A DNA stretch of 64,000 nucleotides from Acidimicrobiia bacterium (GTDB taxonomy: Bacteria > Actinomycetota > Acidimicrobiia > Acidimicrobiales > JANYDT01), in assembly GCA_043720595.1 (NCBI GenBank), contig JAYSSK010000069.1, forward strand, positions 35,480 to 99,479, in the 5' to 3' direction. Positions 9,221 to 18,359 of the stretch are shown here, one piece after another. Made by a program: the position numbers and the translations under genes. How positions within the stretch are numbered: position 1 is the first letter of the stretch; every line of letters starts with the position of its first letter. The notes under the pieces are model-generated. The model worked only from the letters and a program-made list of their open reading frames with translations, made no database searches and was not told where the DNA came from.

Positions 9221-10411
9221 TCAGCTGTATGCGCGCACGATCAGTGCATCGCCCTGTCCGCCGCCGCCGCACAACGCGGCGGCCCCGTAGGTTGCGCCCC
9301 GGCGTCGCAACTCGAGCAGCAATGACAGCGCAAGACGGTTACCAGACGCGCCTATTGGGTGGCCAAGAGCGATTGCTCCGCCATTGACGTTGACGATGTC
9401 CTGGCTTGCACCAAGGTCATCTGCGCTGGCCAGTGCCACTGACGCGAATGCCTCGTTCATTTCGAACAGCGACATGTCGGACAGGTTCAGCTTGGCCTTA
9501 GTGAGCGCCTTGCGGATGGCGTTGGCCGGTTGCAGGAGCAGGCTGGGCGAGTCTGGGCCAGCCACCATCCCGTACGACACGACTTCGCCAAGCGGACTAA
9601 TACCAAGTTCAGCTGCTTTGGCTGCCGACATCATGACCACGGCACTTGCGCCATCGGAGATTTGGCTGGCGTTACCTGCAGTGATGGAACCCGCCTTGTC
9701 GAACGCCGGTTTCAGCGCACCGAGCGAGTCTGCTGTGGTGCCGGGTCTGACACCTTCGTCGGTGTCGACCAGAAGCGGGTCGCCTTTGCGTTGGGGGATG
9801 GGCACCGCGACGATCTCGTCGGCGAAGCGCCCTTCCTTTGCTGCGTTGGCGGCGCGTTCGTGTGATTGCGCAGAGAACTCGTCTTGGCGTGCCCTCGTGA
9901 TGTTGGCGTGGCTGGCGCCGTACTTTTCTGTTGCGGCGCCCATTGGAATGGCGTCAATGGCGCAGAACAACCCGTCGTGGAACGTGGCATCGAGCAGTTC
10001 TGCGTTTCCGTAGCGATACCCGCCACGGCCGTTGGGGATCATGTAGGGGGCGTTGGTCATGGATTCCATGCCGCCGGCAATGACGATGTCGGCATCGCCT
10101 GCCTGAATCATCTGGTCTGCCTGGTAGATGGCGTTAAGACCCGAGAGGCACACCTTGTTGACGATGGTTGCGGGCACATGCATCGGCAGACCCGCGGCGA
10201 TGGCGGCCTGGCGGGCCGGGAGCTGCCCTGCACCGGCCAACAGCACCTGGCCCATGATGACGTGGTCGATCTGGTCGCCTGGTACACCGGACCTGCGCAG
10301 TGCCTCGGCGATGGCCAATCCGCCCAGCTTGGCTGCAGAGAAACTGGCGAGCGCGCCAGACATCTTGCCGATGGGTGTGCGGGCTCCGCTGACGATGACT
10401 GATCCTGGCAT
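9221..10411 (-). CDS. Acetyl-CoA C-acetyltransferase (thiolase II)
   Basis: ORF trimmed to MPGSVIVSGARTPIGKMSG. VNKVCLSGLNAI (active-site Cys), NVNGGAIALGHPIGASG, AALCGGGGQGDA. Confidence 0.9.
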   Translation of the reverse strand: MPGSVIVSGARTPIGKMSGALASFSAAKLGGLAIAEALRRSGVPGDQIDHVIMGQVLLAGAGQLPARQAAIAAGLPMHVPATIVNKVCLSGLNAIYQADQMIQAGDADIVIAGGMESMTNAPYMIPNGRGGYRYGNAELLDATFHDGLFCAIDAIPMGAATEKYGASHANITRARQDEFSAQSHERAANAAKEGRFADEIVAVPIPQRKGDPLLVDTDEGVRPGTTADSLGALKPAFDKAGSITAGNASQISDGASAVVMMSAAKAAELGISPLGEVVSYGMVAGPDSPSLLLQPANAIRKALTKAKLNLSDMSLFEMNEAFASVALASADDLGASQDIVNVNGGAIALGHPIGASGNRLALSLLLELRRRGATYGAAALCGGGGQGDALIVRAYS

Positions 10412-10516
10412 GAGTCCATTCTTCTCCTCTTTGCACGTTCTTCCCAACTACTTCTCCGAAACGTCCTGCAAGCGCTTGAATGGAAATGCTGAATATGCAC
10501 CTCGTAGCGTGCATAC

Positions 10517-11854
10517 ATGCAAGAGATCGTCGCTGCAATTAACGCTGGAGCATCCGGCAACGAGATCGGAGCGCTTCCGCTGCCCGAGTCATATCGGGCC
10601 GTCGTCGTGGAGCGGACCGACGCTGCGATGTTCGAGGGGATGGCCTCAGCCGACAAAGACCCGCGTCAGAGCCTGAAGCTGCGCGACGTTGCCCTGCCGG
10701 AGTTGGCTCCTGACGAGGTGTTCGTGGCCATGATGGCCAGCTCCATCAACTTCAACACGGTATGGACGTCGATCTTCGAGCCGATGGCCACGTTCGGCTT
10801 CCTCGATCGGTTGGCAAAGGAGAGCGAGTACGGGAAGCGCCATGCGCTGCCGTATCACGTGGTGGGTTCAGATGGCTCGGGAGTGGTGTTGCGGGTCGGG
10901 TCTGCGGTGCGCAACTGGAAGCCGGGCGACCGGGTCACCATCCACTGCAATCACGTCGACGACCAAGACCCAAGTGCTCACGACGATTCGATGCTGGCCA
11001 GCAACCAGCGCATTTGGGGGTTTGAAACCAACTTCGGTGGGCTCGCCGACGTGTCTGTGGTGAAGGCCAACCAGTTGATGCCGAAACCCGCGCATCTCAG
11101 TTGGGAAGAGTCCGCTGTCAACGCTCTGTGCAGCTCCACTAGTTACCGCATGTTGGTCAGCGGTAACGGGGCGCGGATGAAGCAGGGCGACTCGGTGTTC
11201 GTCTGGGGTGCAACCGGAGGTATCGGAGGATACGCGGTGCAGTACGTGCTCAACGGCGGTGGCACCCCTGTGGGAGTGGTGTCGTCGCCAGAGAAGGCAG
11301 AGTTGCTGCACGAGCTTGGTTGCGAGCACGTGATCAATCGAAAAGAGGCCGGCTACCGGTTCTGGTCAGACGAGCACACTCAGGATGAATCGGAGTGGCG
11401 TCGGCTGGGTAAAGACGTTCGGGGGCTCATCGGCGAAGACCCAGACATCGTGTTCGAGCATCCAGGCCGCCAGACCATGGGCGCGTCGGTCTTCATCGCA
11501 AAACGCGGAGGCACCATCGTCACGTGTGCGGCAACGAGTGGTTACATGATCGAGTACGACAACCGGCATCTGTGGATGAAGCTGAAGAGCATCAAGAGCT
11601 CGCACTTTGCCAACTACTCCGAGGCGTACGCAGCCAACCGTTTGTTGGCGCAGGGCAAGATCGTCCCAGCCCTTTCGGGCGTCTATCCACTGGCGCAGAC
11701 CGGGGACGCTGCGTTCCAGGTGCACCACAATCTGCACGAGGGCAAGCTGGGCATCCTGTGCCTTGCAGAGCGTGAAGGTATGGGTATCGACGACCCCGAG
11801 TTCCGCGACAAGGTTGGCGAAAAGCGGCTCACCGTCTTCCGTCGCCACGCCTAG
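10517..11854 (+). CDS. ccr: Crotonyl-CoA carboxylase/reductase
   Basis: 445 aa. LPESYRAVVV...ASSINFNTVWTSIFEP...RHALPYHVVGSDGSGVV...QRIWGFETNFGGLA is characteristic of Ccr rather than a generic MDR. Confidence 0.88.
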   Translation: MQEIVAAINAGASGNEIGALPLPESYRAVVVERTDAAMFEGMASADKDPRQSLKLRDVALPELAPDEVFVAMMASSINFNTVWTSIFEPMATFGFLDRLAKESEYGKRHALPYHVVGSDGSGVVLRVGSAVRNWKPGDRVTIHCNHVDDQDPSAHDDSMLASNQRIWGFETNFGGLADVSVVKANQLMPKPAHLSWEESAVNALCSSTSYRMLVSGNGARMKQGDSVFVWGATGGIGGYAVQYVLNGGGTPVGVVSSPEKAELLHELGCEHVINRKEAGYRFWSDEHTQDESEWRRLGKDVRGLIGEDPDIVFEHPGRQTMGASVFIAKRGGTIVTCAATSGYMIEYDNRHLWMKLKSIKSSHFANYSEAYAANRLLAQGKIVPALSGVYPLAQTGDAAFQVHHNLHEGKLGILCLAEREGMGIDDPEFRDKVGEKRLTVFRRHA

Positions 11855-12057
11855 AAGTCGGCGCTAATCCTGCGCAGGTGACCCGAGGCCACGTTCATTT
11901 GGGCTGAAGTCGATTGTCACGTGTCGAAATTGATCCGGTGCCGGTGAGACTGATTCGGATGGGCAGGGCTAGGGGCGTCGGGATGTCTCTCGCCGAGAAC
12001 GTGCCTCGGGTGGTAGATGCGTTTCTCGTAACTGGGCAACCCACTCGTCGATGGCAT

Positions 12058-12172
12058 CCAACGTTGGTTCTGTGGCAACCAACGTTGTGAATTTTGGGTC
12101 CGGGCGGGCGCCGAATCGCGACGTTGGTTGCTAGGTGTCCAACGTTGGTTGCGTGGAGTCCATCGTTGGTTC
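12058..12172. repeat. Phased array of five ACGTTGGTT-type boxes in the ccr/dsbA intergenic region
   Basis: AACGTTGGTT at 12060-12069 and its inverted copy AACCAACGTT at 12077-12086. Direct copies ACGTTGGTTG at 12121 and 12142 and tCGTTGGTTc at 12163, giving exact 21-bp spacing for the last three. Confidence 0.7.
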
Positions 12173-12364
12173 GCGAGGTGGTCGCCGGGGGTTTCTCGCG
12201 GGGGCACAGCTGGATTTGCGCAGACCGAGAGCAGAGCCGGGTGGGACGTGGGGTGACTTCCCTTGCACGTTGCAACGTTTGCACGAACAAGATTCGTCAC
12301 GTGACACGGCATGCAATGGTTTTTGGAGCAACCCATTAGCCACGGTGCTGGCTAGGGTCGGAAG

Positions 12365-13021
12365 ATGATCAGCGTTGAGATCTATTCCGATGTTGTCTGC
12401 CCGTGGTGTTATATCGGCAAGCGCCGGTGGGAGAGTGCGCTCAATGAGTTGGTTGCCCAGCGTGGCGAGGGTGTGCTCAAAGAGATCAGCGTTGTATACC
12501 GCCCGTACCAATTGGACCCCACAGCTCCCAGTGCCCCGAGCCCGGTTGCGGAGACGTATGCCAAGAAGTTCGGCGGACCCGAGCGTGCGCAGGCGATCAT
12601 GAGCAACGTGTCGCAGATCGCAGCCACGGAAGGGCTGGGCTTTCGAATGGACATAGCGCTGCGGGCCAACACACGTGACGCGCATCGCCTGATCGGCTTC
12701 GCGCTCAGCGAGGCAAAGCAGCACGAGATGAAGGAACGTCTGATGCGCGCTTACTTTGTTGAAGGTCTCGATGTTGGCTCACGCGAAGTCCTTGTCCAAC
12801 TGGCAGCGGAGGTTGGCCTTGATGCCGAGGACGTGCGCGGGTACTTCGCTTCCGATGCAGGTATCGGTGCGCTCAACTCGCAGCTCATCGAAGCACAAGA
12901 GGTCGGCATCTCGGCGGTGCCAACGTTTGTGTTCAACGGTGAGTTCGCCGTGCCTGGCGCGCAAGATGCCAACGTGTTTGTTCGGGTGCTGTCAAAGCTT
13001 CTCGACCAGCCCGTCGCATGA
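12365..13021 (+). CDS. DsbA/FrnE-family thiol:disulfide oxidoreductase
   Basis: MISVEIYSDVVCPWCYIGKRRWE has the CPWC redox motif at the typical N-terminal position of FrnE-like DsbA proteins. Confidence 0.8.
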   Translation: MISVEIYSDVVCPWCYIGKRRWESALNELVAQRGEGVLKEISVVYRPYQLDPTAPSAPSPVAETYAKKFGGPERAQAIMSNVSQIAATEGLGFRMDIALRANTRDAHRLIGFALSEAKQHEMKERLMRAYFVEGLDVGSREVLVQLAAEVGLDAEDVRGYFASDAGIGALNSQLIEAQEVGISAVPTFVFNGEFAVPGAQDANVFVRVLSKLLDQPVA

Positions 13022-13953
13022 CCATCGCGCTTCTGCTCGATCCAGCGTTCCGCACCACGGCGATGTGGATGGATCAACTCCGCTCGGCGTTGCCAGAAGA
13101 ACCTATCGAGCTGTTCACCGACGCAATCGACCGCGCACATGTAGACGTTGCGTTGGTGCGCGGGCTGGAGCCGGGAGACCTTCGGTCCTTTCCGTCGCTT
13201 GGACTCATTCAGTGTCTATGGGCGGGTGTGGACCGCTTGCTGCACGACCCAGAGGTGCCAACGGAACCGCTGCTTGTCCGCACCGTCGACCCGGCCATGG
13301 CCAATCAGATGGCGGCCACGGCTGTTGCGCATGTGCTGGATGCTGCGTTGGGCCACCACCGTTACCGCCAAGCACAGCAGCGAGGGGAGTGGAAGCCACG
13401 TCACTGCAAGCCAATGTCGTCGAAGACCGTAGGCATCTTGGGTTTCGGCTCGTTGGGCCGTCGGTGCGCCGAGCTGCTGAGACAGTTCGGGTTCCAGTTG
13501 ATCGGCCTTCGCTCAACGGGGGCGAAACCGATGGAGTCGGTCGCGACCACAGACCAGCTGACCGACGTGCTGAGCGCTTCAGACATCGTGGTCAACCTGT
13601 TGCCGCTGACCGCTGTCACCGAGGGTGTCCTCAACGCAGCGGCCTTCGCGTCCATGCGTCCCGGAGCGGTGCTCATCAACCTGGCGCGTGGTGGTCATGT
13701 TGTCGATGCAGACCTGTTGGCTGCCTTGGACGAAGGCCATCTTGGCCGAGCAGTGCTCGACGTGTTCCGGATCGAACCGCTTCCGTCCGATCATCCGTTC
13801 TGGACGCATCCGCTGGTCACTGTCACGCCCCACGTGGCCGCAGAGACAGACCCGCATACCGCTGCTGTTGTCATCGCTACTAATGTCCGTGCGTACCGTC
13901 AAGGTGACCTTGGCGCAATGACCGGTGTAGTGGATCGGGCAAAGGGCTATTGA
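13018..13953 (+). CDS. D-2-hydroxyacid dehydrogenase (glyoxylate/hydroxypyruvate reductase A-like)
   Basis: TVGILGFGSLGRRCAELL NAD-binding motif; NLARGGHVVD; TPHVAA. ATGA overlap with the dsbA-like stop. Confidence 0.8.
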   Translation: MTIALLLDPAFRTTAMWMDQLRSALPEEPIELFTDAIDRAHVDVALVRGLEPGDLRSFPSLGLIQCLWAGVDRLLHDPEVPTEPLLVRTVDPAMANQMAATAVAHVLDAALGHHRYRQAQQRGEWKPRHCKPMSSKTVGILGFGSLGRRCAELLRQFGFQLIGLRSTGAKPMESVATTDQLTDVLSASDIVVNLLPLTAVTEGVLNAAAFASMRPGAVLINLARGGHVVDADLLAALDEGHLGRAVLDVFRIEPLPSDHPFWTHPLVTVTPHVAAETDPHTAAVVIATNVRAYRQGDLGAMTGVVDRAKGY

Positions 13954-15011
13954 TGGACTCCAGTCGGTCCATCTCTGTTGCAGAGCGTGGCGTCTATAGC
14001 CTGCTGGTGTTCTGGTTGGTGATGGGCCTTGCGGTTGATACGCGCTCGCATCGGGAATCCGCCAGCATCGACACGTTCTTCACGAGTTCACATGCACTTG
14101 GGTACGCGGGCGGAACAGCAGTATCGGTCTTCTTGCTCTACCTGGTCCGACGCTATCGCCCTGCCGATCCGACAAGGAGGTGGGCGCCCGTTCCACCTGG
14201 GCTACAGGCATCGGTTGCGGGAATTGGTATGTACCTGCTGGGCGGCGTCGGCGACCTTGCTTGGCACTCCGCCTTCGGGGTGGAGCAGGAGCTGAAGATC
14301 TTATTCAGCCCAACTCATTTGATGTTGATGGCGGCGATGCTGATGCTCGCGTTCGGCCCGATCCGGGCCGCTTGGGCGGCCGACGAGCCGGTGGCCAACG
14401 CATGGACTGGACTACGGACGATGTGGCCGCAGATGATTGCTGCCGGTTGCATCGCTGCAGTGCTGAACGTGTTCCTGACGTATGCGTCGCCGTACGAGCA
14501 GCCGATCTTCACCACCGAAGTTCCCCTGCTGTTCCAGCGGTTCTCGCAGTTCCTGCAGATCTCCTCAACCATGGCGGTGTACGCGCACACGCTGGCGTTC
14601 TTCGGCATCATGCTCCTGTTGGCTCGCCGGTGGCCGCTACCTTTCGGGTCGTTCACGCTCGCTTTGTTGGTGCCGGCCATCTCGATGTTCGTCTACTTCG
14701 ACTGGGAGTACCGCCGGGCAATCACCGCGTTGCTGCTGGGTGCTGTGGCGTGTGACTTGCTCAACGTACTGCTTGGAATCGTGGTCGGGTCCGTCAACCG
14801 AACATTCGCGCGCATACGATTTCGTGTGTTCGCGTTCCTCGGGCCAATTCTCTTCTGGTCGGTCTACCTGTTGGTCACCAAACAGGGGCGCCCCATTACG
14901 TGGTCAGCAGAACTGTGGACCGGCACCATCGTGTGGTCGGGCATCCTGGGGCTGGGCGTGTCCGTTCTGCTGCTACCGCCGCGACCCCCACAGGCCACTT
15001 ACCTCGACTGA
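13953..15011 (+). CDS. Polytopic membrane protein of unknown function
   Basis: Roughly 8-10 hydrophobic segments by eye. The ATG at 13953 overlaps the upstream TGA (TGATG). I recognise no family. Confidence 0.6.
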   Translation: MDSSRSISVAERGVYSLLVFWLVMGLAVDTRSHRESASIDTFFTSSHALGYAGGTAVSVFLLYLVRRYRPADPTRRWAPVPPGLQASVAGIGMYLLGGVGDLAWHSAFGVEQELKILFSPTHLMLMAAMLMLAFGPIRAAWAADEPVANAWTGLRTMWPQMIAAGCIAAVLNVFLTYASPYEQPIFTTEVPLLFQRFSQFLQISSTMAVYAHTLAFFGIMLLLARRWPLPFGSFTLALLVPAISMFVYFDWEYRRAITALLLGAVACDLLNVLLGIVVGSVNRTFARIRFRVFAFLGPILFWSVYLLVTKQGRPITWSAELWTGTIVWSGILGLGVSVLLLPPRPPQATYLD

Positions 15012-15083
15012 TCGACCCCGCGCCCGTCTTGTTCACTCTGTGCGCTGAGTACTACTTCGTCCGGAGCGTCGTTAAGTCAGGTA

Positions 15084-16295
15084 CTAATCCGTGCGTTTTG
15101 TGATTGCAATGATGATTGCGACTAGGGCTCCGAGGACTCCTCCGCTGGCAGCTCCAACAGTTTGGTTGCCTACCAAGAAGTAGCCCACCAGAGCGCTGAT
15201 CCCGATGCCAAGAGTGCTAGGAAATGATCCAATCAGAGAAGAAACGAGTTGTTCTACGCCTTTCTCGACCCCGGATTCCAGGCCTTTAAACGCTGCGCTG
15301 CGAAGAGGCCCGCGCTTCCTCTTTGCTGGATCGTCGACCTCACTGGTGAGGTCTTGTCCGGCGGCTTGGAGTTCGTTGCCAATCTCGGCAGCTTGCTCTA
15401 GCCATTCGGTCAACCCGCCGTCGAGCTTGTCGACATCGAGGGTGCCTGCTGCAGCGAACAGGGCCTCCAAATCCTGGCCAATCCGCCGTGCTGTATTCGG
15501 CGGGATCCCTTCGGCGACGAGATCCGCCTGCGTGTCCCTGGCGATGGTTGAATATGAGGCCAAGATTCGTGCCACGTCAGTCACTGTTGCTTCGATGATC
15601 TGTACCGGTGGGTTCGGGTGGCGCAGTATCTCGTTAAGGACCCCCCTGTCAGCGTGTAGCGACGTTTCGTCCTCAGGTAAAAGGAGGTCACTGTCGACAA
15701 CGCGAGCGATCTCGGCGATTAGCGGCTCGATCGCACATCGAGCCAAACGCAAACGGTCATGTTCGGCTGCCAGCGAGGCCACCTTCTCTAAACGTGGCAT
15801 TTCGTGCGCGCCGTTCGCGTTATCGCGCCGAGGTGGATTGAACCATTCGGGCCATCGAGTGGAGTCGTCATAGTCGGCACCGGAGAAGTCGACTTGGGCC
15901 GGGTTTGCGGTCGACAGGCCAGCTCCAGTCACGTCGACGTCCCGCAGCGTGACGCGGTTGAAGTCGACACCAGTGAGATTGGCGTGCCGCAGGTTGCTTC
16001 CGTCGAGAGTCGACCTGATGATGGTGGCTCCTGACAGGTTGGTTCGGCTGAGGTTGGCTCCGGTGAGGTCAACACCGGAAAGGTCAACACCGGAAAGGTC
16101 AAGGCCTTCGAGGTTGGCCCCCGTAAGGTCTATTCGGCCCAGGAAGGCCGGACCTATCACGTCAGGTCGGACAACGCGTCGCCCAACTTGGATCTTGCTC
16201 CATTCCGGAAGGTTGCTCTTCAGAAGTTCAACAAAGTAGAGATCCGCCACGTTGACCGGCGTAGCCCTTGGGGTTTCCCTGAGTCTGAAGGACAT
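15084..16295 (-). CDS. Pentapeptide-repeat protein with helical middle region and C-terminal glycine-rich TM segment
   Basis: DLTGANLEGLDLSGVDLSGVDLTGANLSRTNLSGATIIRSTLDGSNLRHANLTGVDF pentapeptide repeats. C-terminal LGIGISALVGYFLVGNQTVGAASGGVLGALVAIIIAI. Start is either MSFRL (16295) or the upstream Met at 16442. Confidence 0.6.
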   Translation of the reverse strand: MSFRLRETPRATPVNVADLYFVELLKSNLPEWSKIQVGRRVVRPDVIGPAFLGRIDLTGANLEGLDLSGVDLSGVDLTGANLSRTNLSGATIIRSTLDGSNLRHANLTGVDFNRVTLRDVDVTGAGLSTANPAQVDFSGADYDDSTRWPEWFNPPRRDNANGAHEMPRLEKVASLAAEHDRLRLARCAIEPLIAEIARVVDSDLLLPEDETSLHADRGVLNEILRHPNPPVQIIEATVTDVARILASYSTIARDTQADLVAEGIPPNTARRIGQDLEALFAAAGTLDVDKLDGGLTEWLEQAAEIGNELQAAGQDLTSEVDDPAKRKRGPLRSAAFKGLESGVEKGVEQLVSSLIGSFPSTLGIGISALVGYFLVGNQTVGAASGGVLGALVAIIIAITKRTD

Positions 16296-16593
16296 CCAAT
16301 CGAACTTTGTGAGGCGCGACGGAAAACTATGTCTACTGATGAAGATACGGTCGACGAAAGTCCCGTTTGAGACGTCCCTCCGAACTTTTGGCGCAGACTT
16401 ACAATGCGAATCCCGCGAGGATGATTGAAGAGTCGGTGGCAAGGTCGCCCGAGAATTCAGAGCATCGAGTGGACACTCGGGAAGGAGTTAGCCAAACGAC
16501 GAACCCGAACCGCCAGCGTGCGTCAGGTCTCACTTTATGCACCCACCTGCACCCCGTTCGGTTTGCGGTGGGTCAGAGGCGTAGCGTCGTGAC

Positions 16594-17025
16594 ATGTCTC
16601 AACACGCAACTCCCGGGCTCACTGGACTTCTGACCGAAATCGATCATGTGGCGATCGCAGTCCACGACCTGGAAGCTGCCATCAAGTACTACGAAGATGT
16701 GTATGGAGCGACCGTCGACCATCGGGAGTTCGTCGAGTCCGACGGCGTGGAGGAAGCACTGCTGAAGGTGGCCGAGAGCTACATCCAGTTGCTGACCCCT
16801 ACCAACCCGAACTCAACAGTTGCGAAATATCTGGAGAAGCGCGGCGAAGGTCTTCACCACATCGGGTATCGGGTTGCGGATTGCGCAGCCGCGCTGGAAG
16901 CGGTGAAAGCCGCAGGTGGCCGGGTGCTCGATGAAAAGCCTCGGCCCGGTTCGCGGGGCACAACCGTTGCGTTCATCCACCCGAAGACCACTTTCGGCAC
17001 GCTGGTTGAACTCGTCCAGGAGTAG
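16594..17025 (+). CDS. mce: Methylmalonyl-CoA / ethylmalonyl-CoA epimerase (VOC/glyoxalase fold)
   Basis: IDHVAIAVHDLEAAIKYYEDVYG...EGLHHIGYRVAD...TTVAFIHPKTTFGTLVELVQ is a typical MCE signature. Confidence 0.8.
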   Translation: MSQHATPGLTGLLTEIDHVAIAVHDLEAAIKYYEDVYGATVDHREFVESDGVEEALLKVAESYIQLLTPTNPNSTVAKYLEKRGEGLHHIGYRVADCAAALEAVKAAGGRVLDEKPRPGSRGTTVAFIHPKTTFGTLVELVQE

Positions 17026-17037
17026 TAGCTCCGTCGC

Positions 17038-18303
17038 TTAACTCCACAGCGCTGACATCGGCAGCGCGGTGAGGTTGGGTCCCAGGCTCACGGCACGGTC
17101 ACCGAGGAAGAAGACGAAGCCGTGCACGAACCGCGAGCCCACACGGTCGCGAAACGATGCGAGGTGTTTGGCGTCGGCGGCGGTGACGGTGGCTGAACCT
17201 TTAACCTCGACGCCGACCAATCGCCCGCCCGGGCCGACCAGCAACGCGTCGATCTCAGCTCCGTTGCGCTCTCGAAAGTGATGCAGGCGAACGTCGGTGC
17301 GAGCCCACGTGCGTTGCTTTGCCAACTCGTTGACGGCGAAGGTTTCCAGCAGCTGACCGAACAACGGTGACCGCACGTCGGTCAATGACGCGACATCGGC
17401 TCCGAGCACCGCAGCCGCCAGTCCACTATCGACCGCATGTCGCTTGGGGTGACGTTTGGCTTTCGTCGTTGCGCTGGACGCCCACGCAGGCAACTCGTGA
17501 ACCACCATCAAGTTGCGGAGCAACTCGATGTGCTGGGCAACCGTCGTCGGATGAATTCCGGCGTCTGACGCGATTGCCGTCGCGTTAGCTTCGTGCGCCG
17601 TCCGTGCCATCACCAGGTCCAGCACCCGACGAAACTCTGCGAGTTTGCGAACTTCGCCAACCTCTTCGATGACGTCTTTCGTAGCGATGGTCGCAAGGTA
17701 CGAACGAAACCAGTTGGCCCTGGAGCGCGTCGTCATGCTGCGCGGCTCGGGGAATCCGCCTCGGACGATCAAATCCGCCACGTCAGAGCGAGTGACGGGC
17801 GACATGTCCAGTTCTCGGAAGATCTCGGGTTGTTCGAATGCCCGGTCGATGAATTGCTCCCGCACCCCGGTTGCCAATGCTTCTCCCACAGAGAACGGCC
17901 ACAGCTCGACGATCCCGACGCGACCAGCGAGTGAATCGGCAACGTTCTTCGATGTGAGAAAACTGGTCGATCCGGCCAGCACAAATTGGCCGCGTGAACG
18001 GTCCCGGTCTAACCGCATCTTCGCTGCCAACAAGAAGGGTTGGCCGGCCCGTTGGAATTCGTCCACTGTGCTTGGCGACGGAAGTTGATCGACATACGTT
18101 TTCGGATCGAGCAATGCCGCGGCGAGTTCGGTCGGGTCGTCGAACGTTCGGGCGGTGCACAGTCTCCCGTCCTCGAAGTTCTTGACGTTCAACTGTTCAA
18201 GAAGGGTGGTTTTTCCGCTCTGCCGTGCACCGCTGACGACGACCGCGCGGAACTCTTCCAGGTACTCTTCGACTACCGCAAGACTTCGACGGGCAACGTC
18301 CAT
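17038..18303 (-). CDS. AAA-family ATPase with C-terminal DUF4143-type domain
   Basis: VVSGARQSGKTTLLEQL Walker A. The length and C-terminal region resemble the widespread ATPase+DUF4143 family. Paralog of 20777..22039. Confidence 0.75.
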   Translation of the reverse strand: MDVARRSLAVVEEYLEEFRAVVVSGARQSGKTTLLEQLNVKNFEDGRLCTARTFDDPTELAAALLDPKTYVDQLPSPSTVDEFQRAGQPFLLAAKMRLDRDRSRGQFVLAGSTSFLTSKNVADSLAGRVGIVELWPFSVGEALATGVREQFIDRAFEQPEIFRELDMSPVTRSDVADLIVRGGFPEPRSMTTRSRANWFRSYLATIATKDVIEEVGEVRKLAEFRRVLDLVMARTAHEANATAIASDAGIHPTTVAQHIELLRNLMVVHELPAWASSATTKAKRHPKRHAVDSGLAAAVLGADVASLTDVRSPLFGQLLETFAVNELAKQRTWARTDVRLHHFRERNGAEIDALLVGPGGRLVGVEVKGSATVTAADAKHLASFRDRVGSRFVHGFVFFLGDRAVSLGPNLTALPMSALWS

Positions 18304-18359
18304 ACCGCCATGCTACGCAGGAAATGACGTTCGTGTAACCGCGAATTGGCGTGCCGCTA

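Noticed and set aside
11895-12336. Minus-strand ORFs of 131 and 139 aa in the ccr/dsbA gap.
   Set aside because: Their repetitive NQRW/TNVG strings simply mirror the ACGTTGGTT DNA repeats, and there is no protein-like composition. I treated the region as non-coding repeat sequence.
12756-13883. 375-aa plus-strand ORF.
   Set aside because: It is out of frame with the DsbA-like and 2-hydroxyacid dehydrogenase genes, which carry clear CPWC and NAD-binding motifs. The translation is Arg/Cys/Pro-rich.
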